Assembly (NCBI GenBank): GCA_964035545.1
Contig: CAXIUT010000057.1
Span: 175,896-208,984, forward strand
Reading direction: 5' to 3'
DNA length: 33,089 bases
From: Bugula neritina
Taxonomy: Eukaryota > Animalia > Bryozoa
Shown here: positions 14,137 to 27,761 of the stretch, one piece after another
Numbering within the stretch: position 1 is the stretch's first letter
How the letters are laid out: the number at the start of each line of letters is the position of its first letter
Program-made: the position numbers and the translations under genes
Notes under the pieces: model-generated
The model's input: the letters and a program-made list of their open reading frames with translations, nothing else
The model's database searches: none
Told to the model about the DNA's origin: nothing

Positions 14137-15264
14137 TCATCTGAATTTTCTCCTGCATTATCTTCGAATATTCCATCTACATCGCCTTCTTGCAAATCTG
14201 GTTGATTTTCCTTTGCAATTCCTTTTCTCTCTCTTCTGTATTCTGCAAATTCTCCTTGCATCTAATACTGCACATCTGATGGCTACTCTTGAAAGACATT
14301 TTTGAGGATTAGGTTTGTTAGCACAGTCTCTTTTCTCACTAAGCTTTTACTCACAATCTTGCATTGGAGGAGGTGGAGTCTCAGAACAAGGTTTTGGACA
14401 ACACAAAACACTTCCATCTTGGTTAAGGCTTTTGCAGTTAGAATCCATTGCCATATTTTCACAAGTAGCTTCATAAGACATTCCCAAGAAGGAAGGCAAG
14501 TCACTCCAACAGTCTGAGTTAGAGTCTTTGACACAGTTCATTGGTTCACTACCATCATCAGACTCACAAGTCCAGATATCTAACTCATTCTATCCACTCT
14601 CAAAGGAACAGAAACAGTTCTAGTCTTCATCTGGAGTTGGAAGAGGTGGAGGAGGAGATTAGGAACAGTCTTTAGGACAACAAAGAACACCACCTTAGCT
14701 ATAGCAGCTGTCACTACTTCCCAAGTTAGAACAAACATCATCACGAGAGTCAGTGCTAGCTTCTAGAGTAGTTCTGCATTGACTTCCAGGACCATTTTTG
14801 CAGTATTTTGGCACTCCATTGACATCTTAGCAAGTCCAAACATCAACACTATATGTTGAATCTTCATAAGGGCAGAAACAGTTATCCTAAGCTGGAAGAG
14901 GTGGCGGTGATGGTGGGCAATCGAAGGGACAGCAGAAGTCGCCAAATTAATTATTACCATTAGTAACAAGCTGACATTTATTTTAATTATATTGTCAATT
15001 AATAACAGAACAAACATCGAATCTTCCATCGAGCAAAATAAAGGTTTCATAGCAATATGTACCAACTCCAAAAGTACATTGAGATGCATCTGGTGGACTA
15101 TTACCCTCCCTGAGAACTGAAACAGAGCAAGTCCCCCAATTCAATTGAGGAGATAGTTCAGGGCACAAACAGTTTGTTCCTACTTTATGGTAGTTTATTT
15201 TCACTATTTAACCTACAGCCATAGCTATGAGGACCAAGAACAATGCAAGTTTTACGTTTGACAT
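14137..15264 (-). CDS. Secreted Cys-rich modular protein, family copy 5 (inverted); in-frame TGA at 14995-14997 (possible pseudogene)
   Basis: MSNVKLALFLVLIAMAVG signal peptide; 1128 nt with no frameshift; all Cys retained; one internal TGA in the variable domain. Confidence 0.85.
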
Positions 15265-16391
15265 CTCTAAACTTAAAATAAAATTATTGAATTGTTTTGA
15301 GTCAGATCAATTAATATCACAAAAACGTACTGGTAAAATAAAAAGTAAACTCAGATAATATCAAAACAGTATCAGAGCTTCTGTAATCCTTCAAGAGAGC
15401 GAAATAAAGTGTTTTTTAACTCAATAAATCATTTTTATTTTTTTCCGCGGAGATCATGATGGATTTCAGATCATCAATGAGGACATTGTTGTAGCTGGGG
15501 ATAAACAGGAACGGACAAAGAAGCTGTAGAGTCTCTAAAGATCAATTTTTCATGTTTGTAAGGATCTTCTATAAGAGGCAAATATTACTACAGTTCGTAT
15601 GTTGCACTTTTAATAATGTAACTAATGATAAGAGGATAATCAACAGCTTTAATTTTGATTCAAGAACAAAATATTATCAAAAAAATTATAAAACTAATAA
15701 ATCGACCTTCATGATGCTATTTATATCAATTCGGTGACTAAATTGTTTTATGTTGTTCAGATTAAAATTATGATATTAATTATTACAATAATATTTTTCA
15801 AAAAAACTTAGATTTAAGAGAAATATTATTCTTAAGTAAGAATTTTAACCATAGTAACCATCATAGCTTAAATAATTTCAAGGAAATAAACATTGGATAT
15901 TGAAATAGCTTTATACTTCACTCATTAATTAGATAAAAAAATATCATTCAATAGCTTAACTATAAATCAGGCTAAATATTAAAGATAAAAGGAATAATAG
16001 TCAACCGAGTTGATAAACCTTGGAAGAGACCTGAAAAAGAGTTAGTTCTGATAGTTTTAATAATATTGAAGTTTCTATCTGTATGTCCAAGTGCTCCATT
16101 GATTTGATACAATTTTTTTTTGATAAGAATAATAGTACTTTGTAGTTGTAAAAGGCTCAAGCAGTATCGAAAATAAACTTAGAAATTTAACTAAAATACT
16201 TGTTCTTTCCCACTCAGAATAGTTCTTTTAAGCTTCAATATTTGTTTTCATATTTTTTATTGAAGATATGACGAATAGATTATGATTTTAAGACTAATTT
16301 AGATAAATATCATGAAAATATAAAAAGAATAAACAAGTTAATAGTATCATGTCGAATCATCTATCATATTAAATTTGAAAATAATACAATA

Positions 16392-19300
16392 TCATTTCGA
16401 AGACTACAATTTCTTTCTTTATATTTCCAACTCTTCAATTATATTCTAAAAACCAGGCAAATACTCCTTCATTTCCTTTAAATTTATACCAAATATTCCA
16501 ACTCCTTGAATTTCCAATATATATTATCAGACCACTCAATATCACTTGTCTTTCTCGCTCCATTACTATTCATTATCTGCTTGCATACACTTTTATATTG
16601 ACTACGCAGCTTCTAAAGATAAACAGAAGTCCATTCCACAGAGATGAAGTTGGACATTTCACTGGAAGTCAACAAGATATCGTTGACATAGCCATGCGAC
16701 CTGGTAAGAACAAGTACTATCTATTCAGTTGAAGGGACAGGAAATTTTATTTGTTTGCGAGAATCAACTACCATGTTATTGATAGATTCTTTGATAGAAA
16801 TTTAAAGCACATATTGAAATTTTTTACTCAACTAACCCAAATTTCTCTTGATCTTTTCCTCAGCAATACCAGCCATAGCTTTAAAAGCAGTAATTCTTTT
16901 GCCCAATCGATCTAATACCAACCTAATCAACTTCAACTGCGAATAAGTCACTAACAGATGCTTACCCGTAATACTTTTCTTAATTTTTTAATATTTAAGA
17001 GCTCCCTTATTCAGTATTAGATCTTTGATATTTGTATTATATATCATTACATACTAGAGTATCTTCGAGAGGATACTTGATGATGTTTTACCTTGGAGAT
17101 TCTAGTCTATCCATTCAAGGTAGCCTTGTAGCTGCTAGAGGAAGTAGATAGTGGAACCGAGAAGTTTGAATTGATGAGATTCTATGTGTAAAATCGACTA
17201 TGTCAAATAAAGATTGTAATGAGTTGAAGATTATTCATTTACTTGGGCTTATTGGAAATTATTCTGTGAGTAAGTTGATGAATTTTTCTATAGAAGTAGA
17301 CTACTGGATAATAACTTTCTTTACACCATCTATTGATCTAAATAAATATATGATTACCTCTTGTAAAAGATTTTCCATAAAACAACTCACCAATAACTTT
17401 AACAAACTAACAAGGAATAGCTTTAGTTTTCCAATCCTCATCTTGCAATATCTGAGGCAAACACTCACCTGCATTATTATTATACCCCTAAATAATAATC
17501 TCCACCTTCTTCTTTCTCGATGCACTCATTTTAGGCAACAAATGCTCAACTATCAACTCCTCCGATCCGCCAAATACATCCTATTGACCCCTCTCCTGAC
17601 TATTCTACACTCGATCGGTGATAAAATGCTGCTGAAATTGAGCCCAGATGTTATGATATAGCCTACTATCTCTTACAGACTACTCCCACTCCTGCTATAT
17701 CTTGAGAATAGATCTGATGTTTTCAGATTAAGTTGGTTTTATCTTTTTATATTCGATTAAACTAGCCAATGATCCATCGATATGAGTTATGGTCAGATAC
17801 AATATTTGCATAAGATAAGAACAAATAATTTCGTATTTTTATGGTTAGTTCAACTACAAATCGATGATAACTTTTAAAGCTTTATCTATGATCGACAACT
17901 CCCTCTTCAACAACTTCTTCATCCTCTCACTCCAATGCTAGACAACTCTAATATATTTTTGCACAGTCAACTTATCAACAATCTGTTTCTTTTCACTTCC
18001 ACTATAACTCCTCTCAGCCATTTCTCCCTTCATAACAGAAAACAACCCATCCTCAGTCTTAGTCAACAACCGCTTGATCTAATCACAAATCTAATCAGTA
18101 GAATACGAACATTTATACAACCCCTGCTCGAACATACTAACTATCTAACGCTCAATATTCTTCTTGCTTATTAATTCGATCTAATCCTACTAAAAACTTT
18201 CATCAAGAAGAAGAGCAGGATCAGATAAAGTAGTTATCTTTGTTGGACTGTGAGTAGTAAATGCCTGCTTGTTTGGAGTCAGTATATTCTGGATTATTTT
18301 GATATCAATCAGAATGATCTCCCCAAGATAGCTAAATCATAAGATTTTTACTTTTTTAACGAACGGCAAAAAGAATCTTGGTATCCTCGTTATATATAAT
18401 ATGCAACATCCCAAAATTTACATAACATTTTAGGACAACAATACCCTTTTATTTCTTCATGTATTTTACAATATTCAGGATAAATAGTCAAAGCTGTCAC
18501 CTTTCCTTTAGCCTGCACCTGCGACATAAACCAATTCTACAACCTCTTCAACTTCCTATATAAAACATCTCTTACACCAACTTCTGCACAACATCAATCG
18601 ATTTCTAAATCTCTTACTTCCGCCTCCTCAACTAATTCACCCTCCGAGTCCTCTGCACCACGATCTCCTTGATCACCCCATTGTTCGCCCTCGCAGTTCT
18701 TATTTTGCTTATACTCAGATCAGCCAATTGGGCGATATTGGTAAGATAGCTAACAAAAGACATAAATATCGTTAATTTATAAGTAACTTGCTGGTTGACA
18801 TTGAATTCTACCTAAATAAACAAAAATAATACTTAGTCATACCTATCAGCCAAATCCTCCCTCCTCGCAATAGATCTCCTCTTGTCTCTGGTCAGCAACT
18901 CATTCAAAACATCTCGATCGAATTCCGCCTGAAAGTATGCAGGTTTAATATGCGTGTAACACTTATCAGTCTGCATCCTCACTATCTCCCCCATCTAAGA
19001 ATTCTATAAAGCATTATTGATATTCTCCTGGAAATACAGCATGGAATTAGTCAACTACTGATTAACTTGGTAAAACTGATTCAAATGCGGATGCTGTATC
19101 AATTCAGAGATATTCATAGTTGTCAATTTAGGTAATAATCTACTGGCTGAATGATCTATTTTTTGATATTATCAGCACCCACCTGCACAAACTTCTTCAA
19201 ACGAGCCATCGGTAAGGTAGGCATCAACTTTTTAAATACCTTTTTGCCCTTCTATTTGAATTAGGTAAATTGAGATTGCTATGATTTACGAGATGATGGC

Positions 19301-19398
19301 TGAGTATGAATCTATTATTTTTTTAGATTTGAGGGATTTTGCTATTATTTTTTATTATATGATGAAGATGGGCGACCTGAATTCTTCTGCTTTGACAT
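16392..19398 (-). CDS. VPS54: Vps54 (GARP complex subunit), ~959 aa; introns 18812-18832, 18556-18575, 18332-18351, 17338-17357, and tentative 19156-19178 and 16467-16489
   Basis: N-terminal EDLADRYDE|VEFNVNQQVTYKLTIFMSF and C-terminal KILEYVMIYNTNIKDLILNKGALKYEKIKKSITGKHLLVTYSQL resemble conserved Vps54 blocks. Removing the six introns gives a length divisible by 3. The two terminal 23-nt introns are less certain. Confidence 0.75.
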
Positions 19399-19832
19399 TT
19401 AAATTCTTTATTATTATTATAAGAATGATTATTCAGATGAAATATAGATATATCGATCAATATTCAAACCAGCTTTAGCTAGTTTATACTTGTATGAATT
19501 TACTTGTCTTCGTCAGTATGTTCTTATGCTTTTAGTAAATTCAGTGATTATGATTGGGTCGTCAAGGATCTTTCATCATTCTCGACTCACAAGGGTATTT
19601 GGTTTATCTAAGTTATGTGTTTTGAGTGATAGACTAAGTTCGATAGATAGGTTTCACTAGTTGAATGGGACAATTTGGTTGAATGGGGATAAAGTTGGTT
19701 TAATGAAGTAAACTAATTCGTTTAGAACTAAGATAATTCAAAGTGGACGATGGATTGATGGAGTCCTTTGACTCGATGGATGATTATATCAACGTGAAAA
19801 ATAAGTTAAGGCAAAAACTGCCTCATCTCTAA

Positions 19833-19981
19833 GTCAAATGACTAAACAGTCTATTAAGGTCAAATGACTCAATAGTCTTAAAAAGTCAGTAGACTCAATA
19901 GTCATAACTAACCACTAACTGATAGTCAAATGGTTATTATTGAACAGTCTTATAGTTGATAGCTGATGGTCAAAATTACTG
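19833..19981. repeat. Degenerate 26-nt tandem repeat with nested palindromes (GTCAaaTGAC / GACTnnnnAGTC)
   Basis: Units start at 19833, 19859 and 19885, with partial GTCAAAT copies at 19925 and 19969. Confidence 0.7.
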
Positions 19982-20030
19982 AGGAGTACTGAAGTAAAAT
20001 CATGCAGTGCACGACTTGGTCAAGGAGGAC

Positions 20031-21214
20031 TCATTAAACTTGCTATAAAAAAAATGGATGTCTTAAAGCATTGGCACTGTTAATCCGTCGATTGGGGTCA
20101 ATCTACAAACACTGTCCCACCAAATCCCTCAAGCCCTTCCACTTCTACAATATCTCATCACTCCGACGCATCTCTTCCACATTCTGCCACGACTCCATCT
20201 GCCTCTCTGCTTCCTCTTCGCATATACCTCCATCTCTGAATAACTTCCTCAACTTCGAACTGCCCGTCTTGTTGATCATCCACTGCGGCATTTTTCCAGA
20301 ATTTTTAACCATCATGACCAAATGCTCACTATCCCCATGAGTAGGAAACAACAAATCCCCCGTCAACAACTCAATAGCTATACATCCAACAGACCACATA
20401 TCCGCTAGTTAATTCCACTCACAACATTCCAAAATCACCTCAGGAGGACGATACTGACGAGTACAAATGATAGTACTATGACATTAGTTGAAAAGAGTCG
20501 CACCACCGAAATCAATTATCCTGATTTTGTTACTTCTAGGCAAATAGTAAGCAGATGGCTCTTATTCACTTGCAGGCTGCTCAATTAGTTCCTACTTCTA
20601 TAGAAGAATATTTTATGGTTTTAGATCTGTATGCGTATACCCAATTTTATGCAAAAATGATAAACTCTTAAATATCTGTCTCAAAAATGATTGCACTATC
20701 TTTATACCAAATCCACGATAGTTGTTCTTCTTGATCAACTCATAAAGCGACATACCCAGTGGTTGGAACACTAGACACAAATGCTAGCCATGAGTAAATG
20801 ACTGTTTATATCTGACAATACCAGCCTAATCTTTTTAATCTCTTTTATTGATATTTTTAATGATTTCTTTTTATATTTTTGCAGAATGGATGTATTTTTC
20901 AACTGGCCTTATGACCTGAATAACGTATAAGTTACCTTTATCGCATATTTCCTTCCTTTTTTCTGTCCCTAAAGCACACGTCCAAAAGTACCCTCGCCCA
21001 ATTGCCTAGTCACCTGATATTCTCCCATTATTTCTCCTATTTTGAATTAGTAGTGCTATGTAGAAGTCGATATCTTTGTCTGGTTGGAAGGAGTCGGCCG
21101 AGAATGCGAGTTCAGCAAGTAAGACGATGGCTTTTTTCTATGATAAGAAATAGAGTACATCTTGTGGGTGGAATGGTGAGGGGTGATAGGAGAAGGAAGT
21201 GGGGGGTATTTCAT
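20031..21214 (-). CDS. LAMMER/CLK dual-specificity kinase, 387 aa; 20-nt intron at 20916-20935
   Basis: LGEGTFGRV, YAIK|VIR, HTDLKP(TAA=E)NILL, IDFGGAT, TRQYRPPEVIL, and EHLVMMVK (a LAMMER motif variant). Confidence 0.94.
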
Positions 21215-21373
21215 TTGGAGTTAATGTAAATATTATAACATTTTTTGTTTAAATTGCAGCTCAGTATATGATGTAATGTCTTTGTAGTTCAGGTAGTAAA
21301 ATTCTTTGATTAACAAATAAAATAAAGAAAACATTTTGACCTTTGTTGATTACTAAATAATAACCATCAATAA

Positions 21374-21655
21374 ATGTAGCAACAGACAACTTATTTCAGA
21401 TGCAAGCAATGCCGTCTCAATCTATTCACCTCTCCTCTTCACGGAACCAATAACGAGTGCACCTCTTACTTCATCGATCCTCCAACTTGGCTCTCCAACG
21501 AATAAAACGAATCTAAACTAAATTGCCCCAAATGCAAAACCAAAATAGGATAAGTCATTTGGTCTGGCAAGAAATGTTCATGTCTGGAATGGATCACACC
21601 CGCCATCCAAGTACACCGACAGAAAGTCGATCGCATACAACCTTTAGGACTATGA
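21374..21655 (+). CDS. Stand-alone Yvh1/DUSP12-type C-terminal zinc-binding domain protein, 93 aa
   Basis: FRCKQCRLNLF...CTSYFIDPPTWL...KLNCPKCKTKIGEVIWSGKKCSCLEWITPAIQVHRQKVD matches the DUSP12/Yvh1 zinc-binding domain pattern. Confidence 0.85.
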
Positions 21656-21696
21656 TATTTTTATCAATATTTAATATGATATAGGCTATTAAAAGA

Positions 21697-22644
21697 TCAT
21701 TATCTAAGTGCGTCAAAAGAAGAAGTCATCTTGATGTTAGTAGGCCGACTGTTGTTTTTTTATTACTGAAAGAATAGTCCCTTTTCGTTAGTCTGAACAA
21801 TCGAATGTCCAAATAGACTGTTAATGCCAGGTTGGTATACCTTACTATGATCCAAATCGAAATTTACAAATCCTTGGCTTCTCAACCGAGAACTTCTTCT
21901 CAACATATCCATAGGAGGCTGCTCTTCCTCTTCATATCCAAAAATATCCATATTGTTATATTGATTTCTATCCTATATTTTCGATGATTTCAACCACATA
22001 GAACCCATATGATTCTTCTCCTATTACTCTTTCAAAGGAGACTGATGACTACGGCTAGGCTAGTATCCTTCATTATGCTTTCTTTTCTTTTTTGGCATCT
22101 ATTCATCATTGCCAGCTACGTTGTATGTTTTGGATAGTTAAAGAATTTTGTTAACGAATTGGTTATAATCTGGTTTAGGACGCTTAGGAGGCAAAGTCCA
22201 AGTGTTAAAAGTTACATTCAGATCTGGTAGACTAGCATCTTTAAGCAAACTATCAGGTCGCCAATTTTTATACAATTTTTGGAAATTTGGGATCATATTA
22301 ACCACATCAGAATCAATATTAGGAGAACTTTACTTAGCAAGAAATGATTTAACATAATACGCATTGAGCAAAATAAGCAACAAAAGTGATTTATTTTGAT
22401 CTTCTTAAAAGAAAGATATCTGACTAGAAGAAGCATCTAGCTCCCTTAAAGTAAAATTAGATCTTTTGAGAAGCCAAGCTAACAACGAACACTAAAGTAA
22501 ATTGAGCCTGAGTATTGATGAGACAGTTCTGATGACTTTACCTGCTTGAGTAGAGGTAACAACTGTATCTGGTAAGCTGTTGGTTAGTTATTTTATATCT
22601 ATCTGCGGTAGTTGTAGTTAGAAGATAGATGCAGTTATGGACAT
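21697..22644 (-). CDS. Hypothetical protein, 315 aa
   Basis: Uninterrupted ATG-to-TGA frame under TAR=Glu; helical N-terminal half, basic PKKKRK segment, low-complexity tail. Confidence 0.75.
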
Positions 22645-22733
22645 TTGAAGGACTACATGGCGGACAAATTATTATAAATATTAATGATAAATATCTCAAC
22701 TATATCTCTTTCTTTATCATTAATTAAAATATA

Positions 22734-24344
22734 TCATAATGTTACTATCAAACCCATCCGCTTCAACTCATCAATCGTCGTCTTAGCACGTCGCTAGTTA
22801 ATCTTATTACTAGACAAATTAACTATTCTCAACTGTGGTACTTTCTATCTCTTCATCAGTAAATTGACAACTGCTTAGTCACTGATCTGGTTGTGAGATA
22901 AATTAAGAGTTGTTGCAGCTGGAAGGAAATCCAACATCTTTGTCAGACCTTCACTTGTTACTCGATTTCTCATCAACTTCAATCCCTTTATCTTCTTTAT
23001 TGTTTTCACTACCCTCAAAATCTACAAAATCTACAAATCGCATAACTGCTGATTGCTAAGATCAAGTATATCCTGTTGCTTCTGGCAATACTCTTCAACT
23101 ATCTCTTCTATATTTCTTGGTATCTCGCTCATACTCTTGCCTTCTCGCTTTTATGATAATCTACTTTTACATGTATCTTTCGATGATGGTCTCTTCCTCA
23201 TCGGAGTATCGGGATCTTTGATCCTTTTTTAAGAATAAAAATTAAAACCCACATGGCATTACTCAGTTTGAAGTCTTTTCAGTTTTTTTGGAGTTCTTTC
23301 TTAAAATGAAATTTATGAAACTTTTTCCTAGTGATCACTATTTTCAATAATAACGTTGAGATAATTATAAAGAGAGTTTGATAGTTTAGTATTTTCCACT
23401 ATCTTGATTTTAGTAATTAGTTAGTCAATACTTAAGACATGCTAATCGATTTTGTTTTCCAAATCTTTTACAATGATCCCTCCCTTTCCACAGACATCAA
23501 GTGATCCATTTTGATAGAATTATATCTTATTCTATATTTTATCCTACTAATGAAGTCTTTCCAACACCTCTTTGCACCTCTTTTCCCATCCCTTGTACTA
23601 CTTGAAGCTACTATGCTCTGATTTTACTAGCTAGGTTATCTTCAAACTCACCTACTTGAATCTCTTAGCAACATCTTCATAACAATTTCTCTCGGCTAGC
23701 TTCAAGTTGTCATAAAGCTGACCAAATTTCCCTTTAATCGATGCAACCAATCCATTTTTATGTTTATTGATCTTCTATACCACTCCTTGCTTGAACTCTT
23801 AATTATTAAGTTTCTAATCTAACAAAGATTTTCTGGATCTATACTCCTAAAACTGCTACTATCGTTTATTAATGATCTGATTGATCTCTTTAACAGTCTT
23901 CAAATTATGCTAGCGATGAATGCTAAACAACGCACAATGTGCACATATTCTAGTCCGATCAGTCAAACAAACAATCTACAACTATTTTTTATGAATATAA
24001 CAATAATTTTTCTGATTAGTCGATGGCTCTGTCTTACTCTAGTAAGTCGAATTATTGCTTTATTATGTATCACCAAGCAGTTCTGATTTTTGAGAATTTA
24101 TAGTCAATCTTGGCTTGAGAACTTTATTCAATAAAACATTTTTAGGAAAATATTATAGATCTCTTTACTATAGTTTTTATTATTTTCCACAAAATGAACA
24201 AAATATTTTGATAGTTTTTGTTTCAAGAAGATGTTTAAGACAATGAGTACAACTACTATGCTGACATCCAGGCATCATACGAGGTTGACTGATAGCTGTG
24301 AAAGGATTTTTGCATAAACAACATGAAGATTACTCGATGATCAT
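22734..24344 (-). CDS. RING + B-box + coiled-coil + C-terminal LRR protein (TRIM-like architecture), 536 aa
   Basis: RING: CCLCKNPF...PGCQHSSCTHCL...FCSFCGK...FPKN. B-box: CYIHKKELEIVCLTDRTRICAHCALFSIHREH. LRR-like: LKLMRNRVT, LNLSHNQIS. Confidence 0.82.
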
Positions 24345-24422
24345 CAGCGGCTTGATTATAAGGTAGTCTGATTAACTAAATATATATAGATCGATGATTA
24401 TTCCTATATAAAGTAATCATTA

Positions 24423-26505
<2,083 letters not shown>

Positions 26506-26659
26506 AATTAAATAGTTATTATCACAATTAAGATATCAAATCTATGAAAATAGTTCAATTCATAGTATAAGGATATTAAATATCAATATCATAAACATCA
26601 AATAAGAGTTAAAAGCTACAGTTTTTATGATAAATTTCAATAAGAATTAGTTATTCAAT

Positions 26660-27471
26660 TCATAAATGATTGGACGATTGCTATCCAGGAATGCAATCAT
26701 AGTCAAATTCTTAATTCTAGCTGATCTGAGTAAATGCTTTAGTGCTATTTTTTGATGTAAATGTTTTTTAGTTGATTTGCCTTTAATAATATATTATTAC
26801 TTTATCTGATTGTAGTACTCAGGTAGTTAATGTAAAATAGTCATAATTTCATCAGGCAAATAATCTCGACCGTACCCACGCAACAGGTACTCTTTGAAAT
26901 CTTTTCTCCAATTTTTTATGTAAATCACTTTTTCTACACTATTGCTCACTTACGGAAGAGTTATATCAGATCAAGACCCTACTAGTAATATACAACAAGC
27001 ATATTTGCATTCTTGAAATAGGTATCTTGGTATTTTTGAGGAGTATTTGTATAAATTTTATTAGGTAGCACCTCAATAAACGTTCTACTAAATTTAAGCA
27101 GAGTATTTCTGAGTATATTATGCAAATTTTTAATATTACTTTATAAAGTTAACCCTACTATCTCTTGAATTGATCAATATCAGATTGCAAACGAGTCGTA
27201 CTCCATCCCTACGACAACAACTTCAACATCAACAATGAATCTTCATCACTTATTGTCTTAGATACTTTGCCTGCACTTTTTTTATTTGTCCTTCATATGA
27301 TTATGAATACTATGGAGTTTTTTAAATTTAAACTGTTTTCTTCGATTTCAAATGATTTTCATGTTCAAGGTAGATTGCTTTTGCCTTCTAGAGTTCAGAT
27401 TCTGTAAAAGAATTAAGATCAGAAGAAAGATATTGAGTTTGGGTAATTATTGACTGAATGGACTGATGCAT
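26660..27471 (-). CDS. Hypothetical protein, ~243 aa; four 20-nt introns (27291-27310, 27139-27158, 26934-26953, 26781-26800); start may lie at 27551
   Basis: Three GTA..AG 20-mers each rescue the frame from a TGA; the fourth is inferred from consensus only. Confidence 0.6.
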
Positions 27472-27761
27472 AAATGAAAAGGTTATTATGGATTTTATAT
27501 TTTATGGAAAGAATGAAAAGGCCTCCCAACGGTATTTTTATAGCTTTTCATCGGTATTTTTTATTTACTTATTATATATAAAGGCAATATAATATTTAAA
27601 TAATATTATCATAACCATAAATAACAAAAATCATCAAACAAACAACCCATCAATCAACTCATTAGACTAAAAACAAACAAAATTACAACTTTTATCTACT
27701 AACTTAAAAAACAAAAACAAAAAAAACAATGCCATGATATAAAAAAATTCATATTGAAATA

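Noticed and set aside
21380-21660. Relatively GC-rich island as a possible structured ncRNA (RNase P/MRP)
   Set aside because: Fully explained by the plus-strand zinc-binding-domain ORF.
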